Source of the DNA: Gammaproteobacteria bacterium
GTDB taxonomy: Bacteria; Pseudomonadota; Gammaproteobacteria; UBA9214
DNA length: 49,154 bases
Assembly: GCA_003230545.1 (NCBI GenBank)
Contig: QIFB01000002.1
Span: 1 to 49,154 of the forward strand
Direction of reading: 5' to 3'
The notes below the pieces were generated by a model. That model was not told where the DNA came from. It was given only the letters and a program-made list of their open reading frames with translations, and searched no databases. Below are positions 12,120 to 20,610 of this stretch, one piece after another; position 1 is the first letter of the stretch, and each line of letters starts with the position of its first letter. A program made the position numbers and the translations under genes.

Positions 12120-13625
12120 ATGAAGCAATCCCTGCAACTTCGCATTGGTCAGCACCTGACCATGACGCCGCAACTGCAACAGGCCATTCGCCTGCTGCAG
12201 CTTTCAACCCTCGAACTCCAGAACGAGGTGCAGACTCTGCTGGAATCCAACCCGATGCTGGAGCAGGAAGAGGGGGATGGCGGGACGGCGGAGGCTGCAG
12301 ACAACGAGGCGCCCGGTGAAGCGGCCGCAGACAGTCCCGGTGACGATGGCCTGAATGGCACGGAGGTCGACTCGTCCCTGACCGCTGAAAACACCGAATC
12401 CATCCCGGACGACCTGCCGGTCGACAGCAGCTGGGATGACGTCTACGACCCCGGCACCACCAGCTACAGCGCACCGAACCCGGATGACCGGCGCGATGCA
12501 CTCGACACGGTAACCGTCAGCGAGGAAGGCCTGCACAGCCACCTGTACTGGCAACTCGATCTCGCCAGCTTCAGCGATACCGACCGGATTATTGCCCATA
12601 CCCTGATCGATGCCATTGATGATGACGGCTTCCTGGTCCAGGACCTTGATTCGATCCACGAGCAACTTTCCGACCAGCCGGACTTTGCGGAGGACCCGCT
12701 GGATATCAGTGAGATCGAGGCAGTACTGCATCGCATCCAGCAGTTTGACCCGGTCGGCGTTGGTGCCCGCGATGTGGGTGAAAGCCTGCGCCTGCAGTTG
12801 CAGCATTACGACCCGGACGCACCGTGGCTGCGTGAAGCCAGAATCCTTATCAGAGACCACCTGCAACTGCTGGGTAACCGCGATTTCAACCAACTGGCCC
12901 GGCGCATGGGGCTCGCGAGGGACGACCTGCAGCACGTGGTCCATCTGATCCAGTCACTGAACCCGCGCCCGGGCTCGCAATTCAGCGACATGAAACCCGA
13001 GTACATCGTTCCGGATGTATTCATTACCCGCCACAATGACAGGTGGCGCGTTGAGCTGAATGTCGAATCGATCCCGAAACTGCGCATTAATGCCTTTTAT
13101 GCAGGCATGATCAAACGCGCCAACAACAGCAAGGACAATACCTATCTCAAGAACAATCTGCAGGAAGCGCGCTGGTTCCTCAAGAGCCTGCAAAGCCGGC
13201 ACGAAACCCTGCTCAAGGTCGCAAACAGTATCGTCAAACGCCAGCGCGCATTTTTCGATTATGGTGAAGAAGCCATGAAACCCATGGTACTGCGCAGTAT
13301 CGCGGAAGAAGTAGAGATGCACGAGTCAACCATCTCCAGGGTCACTACCCGCAAGTACATGCATACACCGCGCGGCATTTACGAATTCAAGTTCTTCTTC
13401 TCCAGTCACGTCAGCACTGATGCCGGTGGTGAATGTTCGGCTACTGCAATCCGGGCAATCATCAAGAAACTGGTTGCTGCCGAAAACCCGGTAAAACCGC
13501 TGAGTGACAGCAAGATGGCAAATATCCTGGCAGAACAGGGCATCCAGGTCGCACGTCGCACGATCGCAAAATACCGGGAGTCACTATCAATATCACCATC
13601 CAATGAGCGTAAACGCCTTGCATAG
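12120..13625 (+). CDS. rpoN: RNA polymerase sigma-54 factor
   Basis: N-terminus [33 protein letters not shown], acidic region II, C-terminal RpoN box ARRTIAKYR. The ATG at 12120 is chosen over the upstream ORF start at 12072. Confidence 0.95.
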   Translation: MKQSLQLRIGQHLTMTPQLQQAIRLLQLSTLELQNEVQTLLESNPMLEQEEGDGGTAEAADNEAPGEAAADSPGDDGLNGTEVDSSLTAENTESIPDDLPVDSSWDDVYDPGTTSYSAPNPDDRRDALDTVTVSEEGLHSHLYWQLDLASFSDTDRIIAHTLIDAIDDDGFLVQDLDSIHEQLSDQPDFAEDPLDISEIEAVLHRIQQFDPVGVGARDVGESLRLQLQHYDPDAPWLREARILIRDHLQLLGNRDFNQLARRMGLARDDLQHVVHLIQSLNPRPGSQFSDMKPEYIVPDVFITRHNDRWRVELNVESIPKLRINAFYAGMIKRANNSKDNTYLKNNLQEARWFLKSLQSRHETLLKVANSIVKRQRAFFDYGEEAMKPMVLRSIAEEVEMHESTISRVTTRKYMHTPRGIYEFKFFFSSHVSTDAGGECSATAIRAIIKKLVAAENPVKPLSDSKMANILAEQGIQVARRTIAKYRESLSISPSNERKRLA

Positions 13626-13648
13626 GCATTACAAAAAGGAGCGTCATA

Positions 13649-13969
13649 ATGCAGATTAACCTGACCGGACACCATGTTGAACTGACCACACCCCTGCGTG
13701 ATTACGTCAACAACAAACTGGAACGCCTGGAACGGCATTTTGATCACGTAACCAATATCCACGTCATCCTCAGTGTCGAAAAACTGCGCCACAAAGCCGA
13801 GGCCACCATGCACGTCAGCGGCGGCAACCTGTTTGCCGATGCCACGGAAGAAGACATGTATGCCGCCATCGACGCACTGACAGACAAGCTGGACCGTCAG
13901 GTCAAGAAGCACAAGGAAAAAATTACCGACCACCACCAGAGTGAGGGATCCATAAAGAACCATGTATGA
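13649..13969 (+). CDS. hpf: Ribosome hibernation promoting factor / sigma-54 modulation protein (short HPF)
   Basis: 106 aa. MQINLTGHHVELTTPLRDYV is a typical HPF/YfiA N-terminus. Lies immediately after rpoN. Confidence 0.85.
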   Translation: MQINLTGHHVELTTPLRDYVNNKLERLERHFDHVTNIHVILSVEKLRHKAEATMHVSGGNLFADATEEDMYAAIDALTDKLDRQVKKHKEKITDHHQSEGSIKNHV

Positions 13970-14017
13970 CAAGCACGAAACTCCTGTCGCCCTGAGCGTG
14001 GCACTGGCAGGCAATTA

Positions 14018-14488
14018 ATGAACATCACCGAACTCATCAGCCCGGAGCGGGTACGCCGGCGCACGGACATCGGCAGCAAGAAACGGGTGCTGGAGCATGT
14101 CAGCGAACTGCTGGCAATGGATACTGTCAGGCTCGGCTGGAATGAAATCTTCGACAACCTGGTCACCCGTGAGAAACTCGGCAGCACCGGACTTGGCAAG
14201 GGTGTCGCCCTGCCCCACGGCCGCATGACAATGCTGGAGAAACCGGTCTGTGCCTTTGTCAAACTGGACAGGCCGGTGGATTTCGATGCGGCCGACAACC
14301 AGCCTGTGGACCTGGTGTTTGCCCTGCTGGTTCCGGAAGATTCGACTGAAGAACACCTGCAGGTCCTGTCCATGATTGCCGAGTTGTTCAGCAACCCTTC
14401 CTTTTGTTCCAGCATCCGCGCATGCGACAGCGACGGTTGTCTGTACCGCCTGCTCAGTCAACAGGAACAGCGGAAAATCCCTGCATGA
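14018..14488 (+). CDS. ptsN: Nitrogen-regulatory PTS EIIA-Ntr
   Basis: 156 aa with the active-site region GLGKGVALPHGR. Sits in the conserved rpoN-hpf-ptsN order. Confidence 0.85.
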   Translation: MNITELISPERVRRRTDIGSKKRVLEHVSELLAMDTVRLGWNEIFDNLVTREKLGSTGLGKGVALPHGRMTMLEKPVCAFVKLDRPVDFDAADNQPVDLVFALLVPEDSTEEHLQVLSMIAELFSNPSFCSSIRACDSDGCLYRLLSQQEQRKIPA

Positions 14489-15426
14489 GCACTTCGCTGA
14501 CTCTGGATATCCTGTTCAGGTCCCTCGATGAAAAACTGGGGTTTGCATGGGTCTCCGGGAATCATGACAAAGAGCATACTATCAACACGACAAACGATGA
14601 GAAGGCCGAGACCTCGCTGGTTGGAAATCTCAACCTGATACACCCGCACCGCATCCAGGTGCTGGGTAGCCGCGAACTGGAATATCTCGATTCTCTCAGG
14701 AAAAATTCCCGCAAGGATGCCATCGGCCAGCTGTTTTCCGGGCAGTCCGACCTGATCATCATGGCAAAACAGCTGTCCGCACCGGATGACCTGCTGCAGG
14801 CGGCTACTACCACCGGAATACCAGTGCTGTCCTCGGTCCTGCAAAGCCAGGAGGTCATCCAGAATCTGCAGTATTACCTGAGCAACCACCTGGCAGAGAA
14901 AATCACCCTGCATGGCGTATTCATGGAGGTGATGGGCACCGGCGTACTGATCACCGGACCATCAAGCATCGGCAAGAGTGAACTTGCACTGGAACTGCTG
15001 ACCCGCGGACACCGGCTGATCGCCGACGATGCACCCGAGTTTTCACGCCTCGCACCTGACATCCTCAACGGCACCTGCCCGGAGATGCTGCGCGATTTTC
15101 TCGAGGTGCGCGGACTCGGGATTCTCAATGTTCGTGCCATGTATGGCGCCAGTTCCATCAAGCAGAACCGCAACCTGCGCCTGATCATCGTGCTGCAGGA
15201 GATGGAGGATGCCATCAAGATGGACCGGCTGCATGGCAGCCGCAGGAACCGCCGCATCCTCGGCGTGGATATCCCCGAAATAACACTGCCCGTCGGCCCG
15301 GGCAGAAACCTGGCGGTACTGCTGGAGACCGCGGTCCGCAATCACATCCTCAATGCCAAGGGCTATGATGCCAGCCAGGCATTTATCGAGCGCCAGAAAC
15401 GTCGTCTTGAAAAAGTCCATCAATGA
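14485..15426 (+). CDS. hprK: HPr kinase/phosphorylase
   Basis: P-loop GPSSIGKSELALEL and a C-terminal HprK domain (LIADDAPEF...LEVRGLGILNV). The ATG at 14485 overlaps the ptsN stop (ATGA). Confidence 0.85.
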   Translation: MSTSLTLDILFRSLDEKLGFAWVSGNHDKEHTINTTNDEKAETSLVGNLNLIHPHRIQVLGSRELEYLDSLRKNSRKDAIGQLFSGQSDLIIMAKQLSAPDDLLQAATTTGIPVLSSVLQSQEVIQNLQYYLSNHLAEKITLHGVFMEVMGTGVLITGPSSIGKSELALELLTRGHRLIADDAPEFSRLAPDILNGTCPEMLRDFLEVRGLGILNVRAMYGASSIKQNRNLRLIIVLQEMEDAIKMDRLHGSRRNRRILGVDIPEITLPVGPGRNLAVLLETAVRNHILNAKGYDASQAFIERQKRRLEKVHQ

Positions 15427-16280
15427 AGCTGACGATCATCAGCGGCCTTTCGGGTTCCGGAAAAACGGTCGCCCTGCACACACTGGAGGATATGGGCTTT
15501 TACTGTGTCGACAACCTGCCGGTCGCCCTGCTGGAAGCCTTTATCCATGAGTTCGGGAAACAGCACCTCAAGGACATCTCGGAGGTTGCCGTGGGCATTG
15601 ACGCACGCAACCACCCTGATCAGATCAGCCAGTTCCCCGGAATCATCAGGAACTGCCGCGAGCGCGGCATCAATTGCAAGATCATCTTCCTGCAGGCAGA
15701 AAACCACACCCTGCTGAAACGCTTCAGCGAGACACGCCGCAAGCACCCGTTGACGGGCCCCGACACGGCACTGGCGGATGCGATTGACAGGGAACGCAAG
15801 CTGCTAACGCCGATTGCTGCCAATGCCGACCTGTTCATCGATACCAGCCAGACCAATCTTTACCAGTTGCGCGACCTGGTACAGGAAAGCATCGGTTCCG
15901 GTGACAGCCCGAAGCTGTCACTCGTATTGAAGTCATTCGGCTACAAGCACGGCCTGCCGGCCGACGCCGACTTCGTATTCGATGTGCGCTGCCTGCCGAA
16001 CCCGTACTGGGAACCAGGGCTGCGCGGCCTGACGGGGCTGGACAAACCAGTCGTGGATTATCTTGACAGCGATGCAACCGCACATAAACTCGGCGATCAT
16101 ATTGAACAGTTCCTGGAGACCTGGGTACCAAGCTTCAGTTCAGACAACCGCAGTTATCTTAATATAGCCATCGGTTGCACGGGCGGCCAGCATCGCTCGG
16201 TATACCTGGTTGAGCGCGTGGCCAGGCAACTGGGCAACCGCTTTGGTGAAGTTGTTATTCGACACAGGGAAATTCAATGA
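15423..16280 (+). CDS. rapZ: RNase adapter protein RapZ (YhbJ)
   Basis: 285 aa with Walker A GLSGSGKT at the N-terminus and RapZ-like sequence throughout. Confidence 0.9.
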   Translation: MKLTIISGLSGSGKTVALHTLEDMGFYCVDNLPVALLEAFIHEFGKQHLKDISEVAVGIDARNHPDQISQFPGIIRNCRERGINCKIIFLQAENHTLLKRFSETRRKHPLTGPDTALADAIDRERKLLTPIAANADLFIDTSQTNLYQLRDLVQESIGSGDSPKLSLVLKSFGYKHGLPADADFVFDVRCLPNPYWEPGLRGLTGLDKPVVDYLDSDATAHKLGDHIEQFLETWVPSFSSDNRSYLNIAIGCTGGQHRSVYLVERVARQLGNRFGEVVIRHREIQ

Positions 16281-16678
16281 GTGTCGGACTCCTGCTGATC
16301 ACCCATGACGGGATCGGACAGCAACTGCTGAACACCGTCGCCGGCATCACCGGCTGTACCCCGCTCCGGGTCAAGACCATCGGGGTCACCATTAACTGCG
16401 ATCCTGACCAGGTCGCCAGTGAGGCGGGCCGGTTGTGCAGCACACTCGACCAGGGCGACGGCGTGCTGGTACTGACCGACCTGTTCGGCAGCACACCAAG
16501 CAATATTGCCGTGCGGCTGCTGGAGGAACACCGCGTGCTGGTGCTTGCCGGGGTCAATGTCCCGATGCTGGTGCGAATATTCAATTACCCGTCACTGTCC
16601 CTGGTAGAGCTTGGCAACAAGGCCAACAGCGGCGCCCGCGATGGCGTCATAGTCACACCCGGAAACAAGGCTCAATAA
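16277..16678 (+). CDS. PTS EIIA component, mannose/fructose family
   Basis: 133 aa. The GLLLITHDGIGQ N-terminus (phospho-His context) is typical of EIIA-Man. No EIIB/C/D genes follow it. Confidence 0.75.
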   Translation: MSVGLLLITHDGIGQQLLNTVAGITGCTPLRVKTIGVTINCDPDQVASEAGRLCSTLDQGDGVLVLTDLFGSTPSNIAVRLLEEHRVLVLAGVNVPMLVRIFNYPSLSLVELGNKANSGARDGVIVTPGNKAQ

Positions 16679-16679
16679 C

Positions 16680-16949
16680 ATGCAGGAAAAGCAGGTAATC
16701 ATTGTCAACCGGCTGGGGCTACACGCCCGCGCAGCCGCCAAGTTTGTCACGCTGGCATCTTCCTTCTCGAGTGAGATCAATGTCAGCAAGGACGGACAAA
16801 CGGTCAACGGCAAGAGCATCATGGGCGTCATGATGCTGGCTGCTTCCAGGGGTACCAGTCTTGTGATCACCACCAGTGGCAACGATGAAGACACCGCTGC
16901 AATCCAGCTGGAAGAACTGGTACAGGAGAAATTCGGGGAAACTGAATAA
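16680..16949 (+). CDS. ptsH: HPr-family phosphocarrier protein
   Basis: 89 aa with the His15 motif NRLGLHARAA and the Ser46 region GKSIMGVMML. Confidence 0.85.
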   Translation: MQEKQVIIVNRLGLHARAAAKFVTLASSFSSEINVSKDGQTVNGKSIMGVMMLAASRGTSLVITTSGNDEDTAAIQLEELVQEKFGETE

Positions 16950-16966
16950 CCGGGGAAACCGCTGAC

Positions 16967-18700
16967 ATGAGTCTCGTCCTGCACGGTATTGGAGTTTCGC
17001 GCGGCATTGCCATCGGCAAGGCGCACATCATTATGCGCGGCAGCATCGAGGTCCTCGAAAGCGCTATCCCCTCCATTCTCATCGAGGATGAAGTCGCCCG
17101 CTTCCTGAAGGCGATTGAAACTGCACGCCTGCAACTGAGTTCGATCCGCGACCGTATACCGGTGGGCACCCGCCCTGACATCGCAGCATTCATCGATACG
17201 CACATACTGATGCTGGATGATGCCACCATCGTGAATACGCCGGTCGAAACGATACGCGAGCAGGGCTACAACGCGGAATGGGCACTGAAGTTGCAGCGCG
17301 ATGCCGTCGTCGGGGTATTCGAGCAGATGAATGATCCCTATCTGCGCACCCGCCGTGATGATGTGGACCATGTCATCAACCGTATCCAGCGCATCCTGCA
17401 GTCGACCAGCCAGGGAGATCTCCGCAGTGAAGACAGCCTGCAGGGCGCCATCGTACTGACCGATGACATGACCCCGGCTGAAACCGTACTGCTGGAACAC
17501 CAGGGCGCGAGCGCTTTTGCGACCGAATTCGGCGGCCCGCTGTCACATTCCGCCATCCTCGCGCGCAGCGTGCAGCTGCCGGCCATTGTCGGCGCCCACG
17601 GGCTGCGGCGTTATATCCACGATGGCGAGGAGATCATTCTCGACGGCATGCAGGGCATCCTGATCGCAGACCCGGGCCAGGACATTATTGATCATTATCG
17701 CGAGCTCAAGGCACAGGAAGCCCAGCGGCGCGCCGAACTGGCACGGCTGGCACATACCCCGGCAGTAACCCTCGATAACCACGCAATCCGGCTGATGGCC
17801 AACATCGAGCTGCCTGAAGACATCGATGCACTCAACCGTGAAAACACCAGCGGCATCGGGCTGTACCGTACCGAATTCCTGTTCATGAACCGCGTGTCGC
17901 TGCCGGATGAAGAAGAGCAGTATCTAAGCTACACCCGGGTGATCGATACGCTGAACGGCAAGCCGCTGACGATCCGTACGCTGGATATGGGTGCAGACAA
18001 GGAAATCGACGGCAGCGGCAGCCGCTGCAGCAATCCCGCCCTTGGCCTGCGCGCGGTGCGCCTGTGTCTCAAGGACCTCAGCCTGTTCTGTCCCCAGTTG
18101 CGGGCCATCCTGCGTGCCTCCGCCCACGGACCGGTACGCCTGATGATCCCCATGCTGTCCAACACCCGGGAACTCCACCAGGTACTCACGCTGATACGGG
18201 ATGCCGAAAACGCCCTGCAGCGCGAGGGTCTGGCATTTGATCCCAATATCCAGATCGGCGGCATGATCGAGGTACCGGCCGCCGCCATCTCGGCAATGGA
18301 CTTCGCCAGGCGCCTGGACTTTCTCTCCATCGGAACCAACGACCTGATCCAGTACACGCTCGCCATCGATCGTGTAGATGACGCGGTCAACTACCTGTAT
18401 GACCCGCTGCACCCGTCGGTGCTGCGGTTGATCAAGATCGTGATCGATGCCGGCAAGGAAACCGGTATACCCGTCGCCATGTGCGGCGAAATGGCCGGTG
18501 ATGCACGTTACACGCGGCTGCTGCTCGGCATGGGCCTGACAGAATTCAGCATGCACCACAGTGCAATGCAGGAGGTCAAGCGCGTCATTAACGACAGCTC
18601 CATCAGCGAGCTCATCCCGCGCGTCGATACATTGCTGCAATCGACCGAGCCGGAACAGCTTCCCACCGAGATTGAAGCTCTCAACCACCCGCCAGCCTGA
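16967..18700 (+). CDS. ptsI: Phosphoenolpyruvate-protein phosphotransferase (PTS enzyme I)
   Basis: 577 aa with the phospho-His region GGPLSHSAILARS and a PEP-utilising C-terminal domain (GTNDLIQYTLA...CGEMAG). It has no N-terminal GAF domain, so it is EI rather than EI-Ntr. Confidence 0.9.
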   Translation: MSLVLHGIGVSRGIAIGKAHIIMRGSIEVLESAIPSILIEDEVARFLKAIETARLQLSSIRDRIPVGTRPDIAAFIDTHILMLDDATIVNTPVETIREQGYNAEWALKLQRDAVVGVFEQMNDPYLRTRRDDVDHVINRIQRILQSTSQGDLRSEDSLQGAIVLTDDMTPAETVLLEHQGASAFATEFGGPLSHSAILARSVQLPAIVGAHGLRRYIHDGEEIILDGMQGILIADPGQDIIDHYRELKAQEAQRRAELARLAHTPAVTLDNHAIRLMANIELPEDIDALNRENTSGIGLYRTEFLFMNRVSLPDEEEQYLSYTRVIDTLNGKPLTIRTLDMGADKEIDGSGSRCSNPALGLRAVRLCLKDLSLFCPQLRAILRASAHGPVRLMIPMLSNTRELHQVLTLIRDAENALQREGLAFDPNIQIGGMIEVPAAAISAMDFARRLDFLSIGTNDLIQYTLAIDRVDDAVNYLYDPLHPSVLRLIKIVIDAGKETGIPVAMCGEMAGDARYTRLLLGMGLTEFSMHHSAMQEVKRVINDSSISELIPRVDTLLQSTEPEQLPTEIEALNHPPA

Positions 18701-18710
18701 CAAAACTTTT

Positions 18711-19105
18711 TGCTGTTCTCCTGATCGAGCAGACTGCATAGTCCGAGCAAGGTTACTCGGGGTCCAGGGAGAGACAGCTCAAGACCCGCTGTAAATACAT
18801 CCTGGTCACTCCCGGCATCCTGCCTCCCGCGACACTCGTACATCCCTGTACGTCGTACGCTCGATGGCCGCATCCCTGCGGCCAACGGTCTTGATCTATC
18901 TCTCCCTGGACCCCGAGTAACCGTACAGATTGTTGCGTCATGCAATCCGGTGCCCCCGGTCGTCCCCCTTGTCAGGGACATCGGCTTCAGGGATGAAGCC
19001 GTTGAGCGTCCAGGGATGGACTTGCAGCGTTCCCTGACAAGGGGGACGACCGGGGACGGCGGATGCACGCTCGACAGGTGCAGTCCGCTCGATCAGGAGA
19101 ACAGC
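18711..19105 (-). repeat. Nested-palindromic structured intergenic element, copy 2 (inverted relative to copies 1 and 3, with an extra ~55-nt module)
   Basis: The reverse complement aligns end to end with 25922-26253. The 68-nt core at 18971-19038 and the 32-nt block at 18859-18890 are identical to the other copies. Terminal arms TGCTGTTCTCCTGATCGAGC / GCTCGATCAGGAGAACAGC are perfect inverted repeats. It starts 11 nt after the ptsI stop and ends 92 nt before the mgtE ATG. Confidence 0.9.
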
Positions 19106-19197
19106 GAAACATTTACCCTGCCCTGCTTACTTACCGAATGTTGGGGAGGCTGTTACACTTCGCCCAACCCAGCCCGAAGTGTATTTGAGCCGCCGCC

Positions 19198-20556
19198 ATG
19201 ACCGACGTCGCAGAAACCGAGTCCATCAATACCCGGCGTGAACAGCTCATGCAGGCACTGGATGCCGGGGCCGCCGAGCAGATCGGTGCATTACTGTCAG
19301 GCCTGTACGCCGCAGAGATCGCCGACCTGCTGGAATCCTTCCCGCACGGCCCGCGCGAGATCCTGTGGGAACTGGTACACCCGGATGATCGTGGCGAGAC
19401 CCTGGTCGAGGTCAATGACGAGGTCCGTACCGGTCTCATCAATGAGATGGATCCCGAGCAACTGGTTGCCGCAACCGAGGGCCTGGATACCGACGACCTC
19501 GCCGATCTGCTGAACGACCTGCCGGGGGCCGTGATCCATGAAGTCCTGCGCTCCATGGACAAGCAGAACCGCGACCGGCTGGAAGCGGTGCTCCCCTACC
19601 CGGAAGACACGGCCGGCGGCATCATGAATGTGGACAGTGTTACGGTCCGGGCCGATGTCACCCTCGATGTCATTATGCGCTACCTCCGGGTACACCCGAA
19701 CATCCCGGAAACCACTGACCAGTTAATCGTGGTTGACCGCAACGACACTTACCGCGGTGTATTGCCGCTGACGACGCTGTTGGCCAATGACCCTGAACGG
19801 CTGGTTGCCGCGGTCATGAACCGCGAGGTTACCGCTATCCCTGCCGCATTACCGGACGTGGAGGTGGCACGCATGTTCGAGGACCGCGACCTGGTCTCGG
19901 CGCCGGTTGTCGATGACAACAACAAGCTGCTGGGACGCATCACCATTGACGATGTCGTCGATGTGATCCGTGAGGACGCCGACCACTCGCTGCTGAGCCT
20001 CGCCGGCCTCGACGAGGAGGACGACACCTTCGCACCGGTGTTCAAGAGTGCGCGGCGGCGTGCGGTCTGGCTGGGGATCAACCTGTTTACCGCCTTCATT
20101 GCCTCCTGGGTCATCGGCCTGTTCCAGGCCACACTGGAACAGGTAGTGGCCCTGGCCGTGCTGATGCCGATTGTTGCGAGCATGGGCGGTATTGCCGGCA
20201 GCCAGACGCTGATTATCGTCATTCGCGGTCTCGCACTGGGGCAGATTGGCCGCAGCAATGCGCGCTGGCTGATGTACAAGGAACTCTCGGTTTCCCTGCT
20301 GAATGGTATCGGCTGGGCACTGCTGGTCGCACTGATCACATGGCTGTGGTTTGAAGATGCCGGCATCGGGCTGGTGATCGCTGCGGCCCTGGTTATCAAT
20401 CTCGCGTGTGCCTCCATCGCCGGCATCACCATTCCCTTTGTACTCACCCGCATGAAGATTGACCCGGCGCACGCCGGCACCGTGCTGCTGACCACGGTCA
20501 CGGATGTGATCGGCTTCCTCGTCTTCCTGGGACTGGGAACAATCTTCCTGCTGTAG
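19198..20556 (+). CDS. mgtE: Magnesium transporter MgtE
   Basis: 452 aa with an MgtE N-domain, a CBS pair and a 5-TM C-terminal channel domain (GGIAGSQTL... motif). Confidence 0.9.
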   Translation: MTDVAETESINTRREQLMQALDAGAAEQIGALLSGLYAAEIADLLESFPHGPREILWELVHPDDRGETLVEVNDEVRTGLINEMDPEQLVAATEGLDTDDLADLLNDLPGAVIHEVLRSMDKQNRDRLEAVLPYPEDTAGGIMNVDSVTVRADVTLDVIMRYLRVHPNIPETTDQLIVVDRNDTYRGVLPLTTLLANDPERLVAAVMNREVTAIPAALPDVEVARMFEDRDLVSAPVVDDNNKLLGRITIDDVVDVIREDADHSLLSLAGLDEEDDTFAPVFKSARRRAVWLGINLFTAFIASWVIGLFQATLEQVVALAVLMPIVASMGGIAGSQTLIIVIRGLALGQIGRSNARWLMYKELSVSLLNGIGWALLVALITWLWFEDAGIGLVIAAALVINLACASIAGITIPFVLTRMKIDPAHAGTVLLTTVTDVIGFLVFLGLGTIFLL

Positions 20557-20610
20557 GACCCGCGCCTCGCGGGGAATATTTACCGTTCCCGGCGAGGACG
20601 CCGGTCCTAC
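20553..20610. repeat. REP inverted dimer (GTAGGACCGGCG...GGGAA family) between convergent mgtE and pmbA
   Basis: GTAGGACCCGCGCCTCGCGGGGAAT and the inverted copy of GTAGGACCGGCGTCCTCGCCGGGAACGG form one long hairpin. Both genes' TAG stop codons lie inside the GTAG heads. Confidence 0.75.

Noticed and set aside
13999-14014. Sigma-54-like TGGCAC-N5-GGCAA just upstream of ptsN.
   Set aside because: The GG-to-GC spacing is one nt short of the canonical GG-N10-GC. The motif abuts the ptsN ATG, leaving no leader, and the -12 element is not TTGC.
19106-19197. An M-box (Mg2+) riboswitch in the mgtE leader.
   Set aside because: The leader is almost entirely taken up by repeat copy 2, and the remaining 92 nt is too short. 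I see none of the multi-helix M-box architecture. A cmsearch would be needed to exclude it formally.
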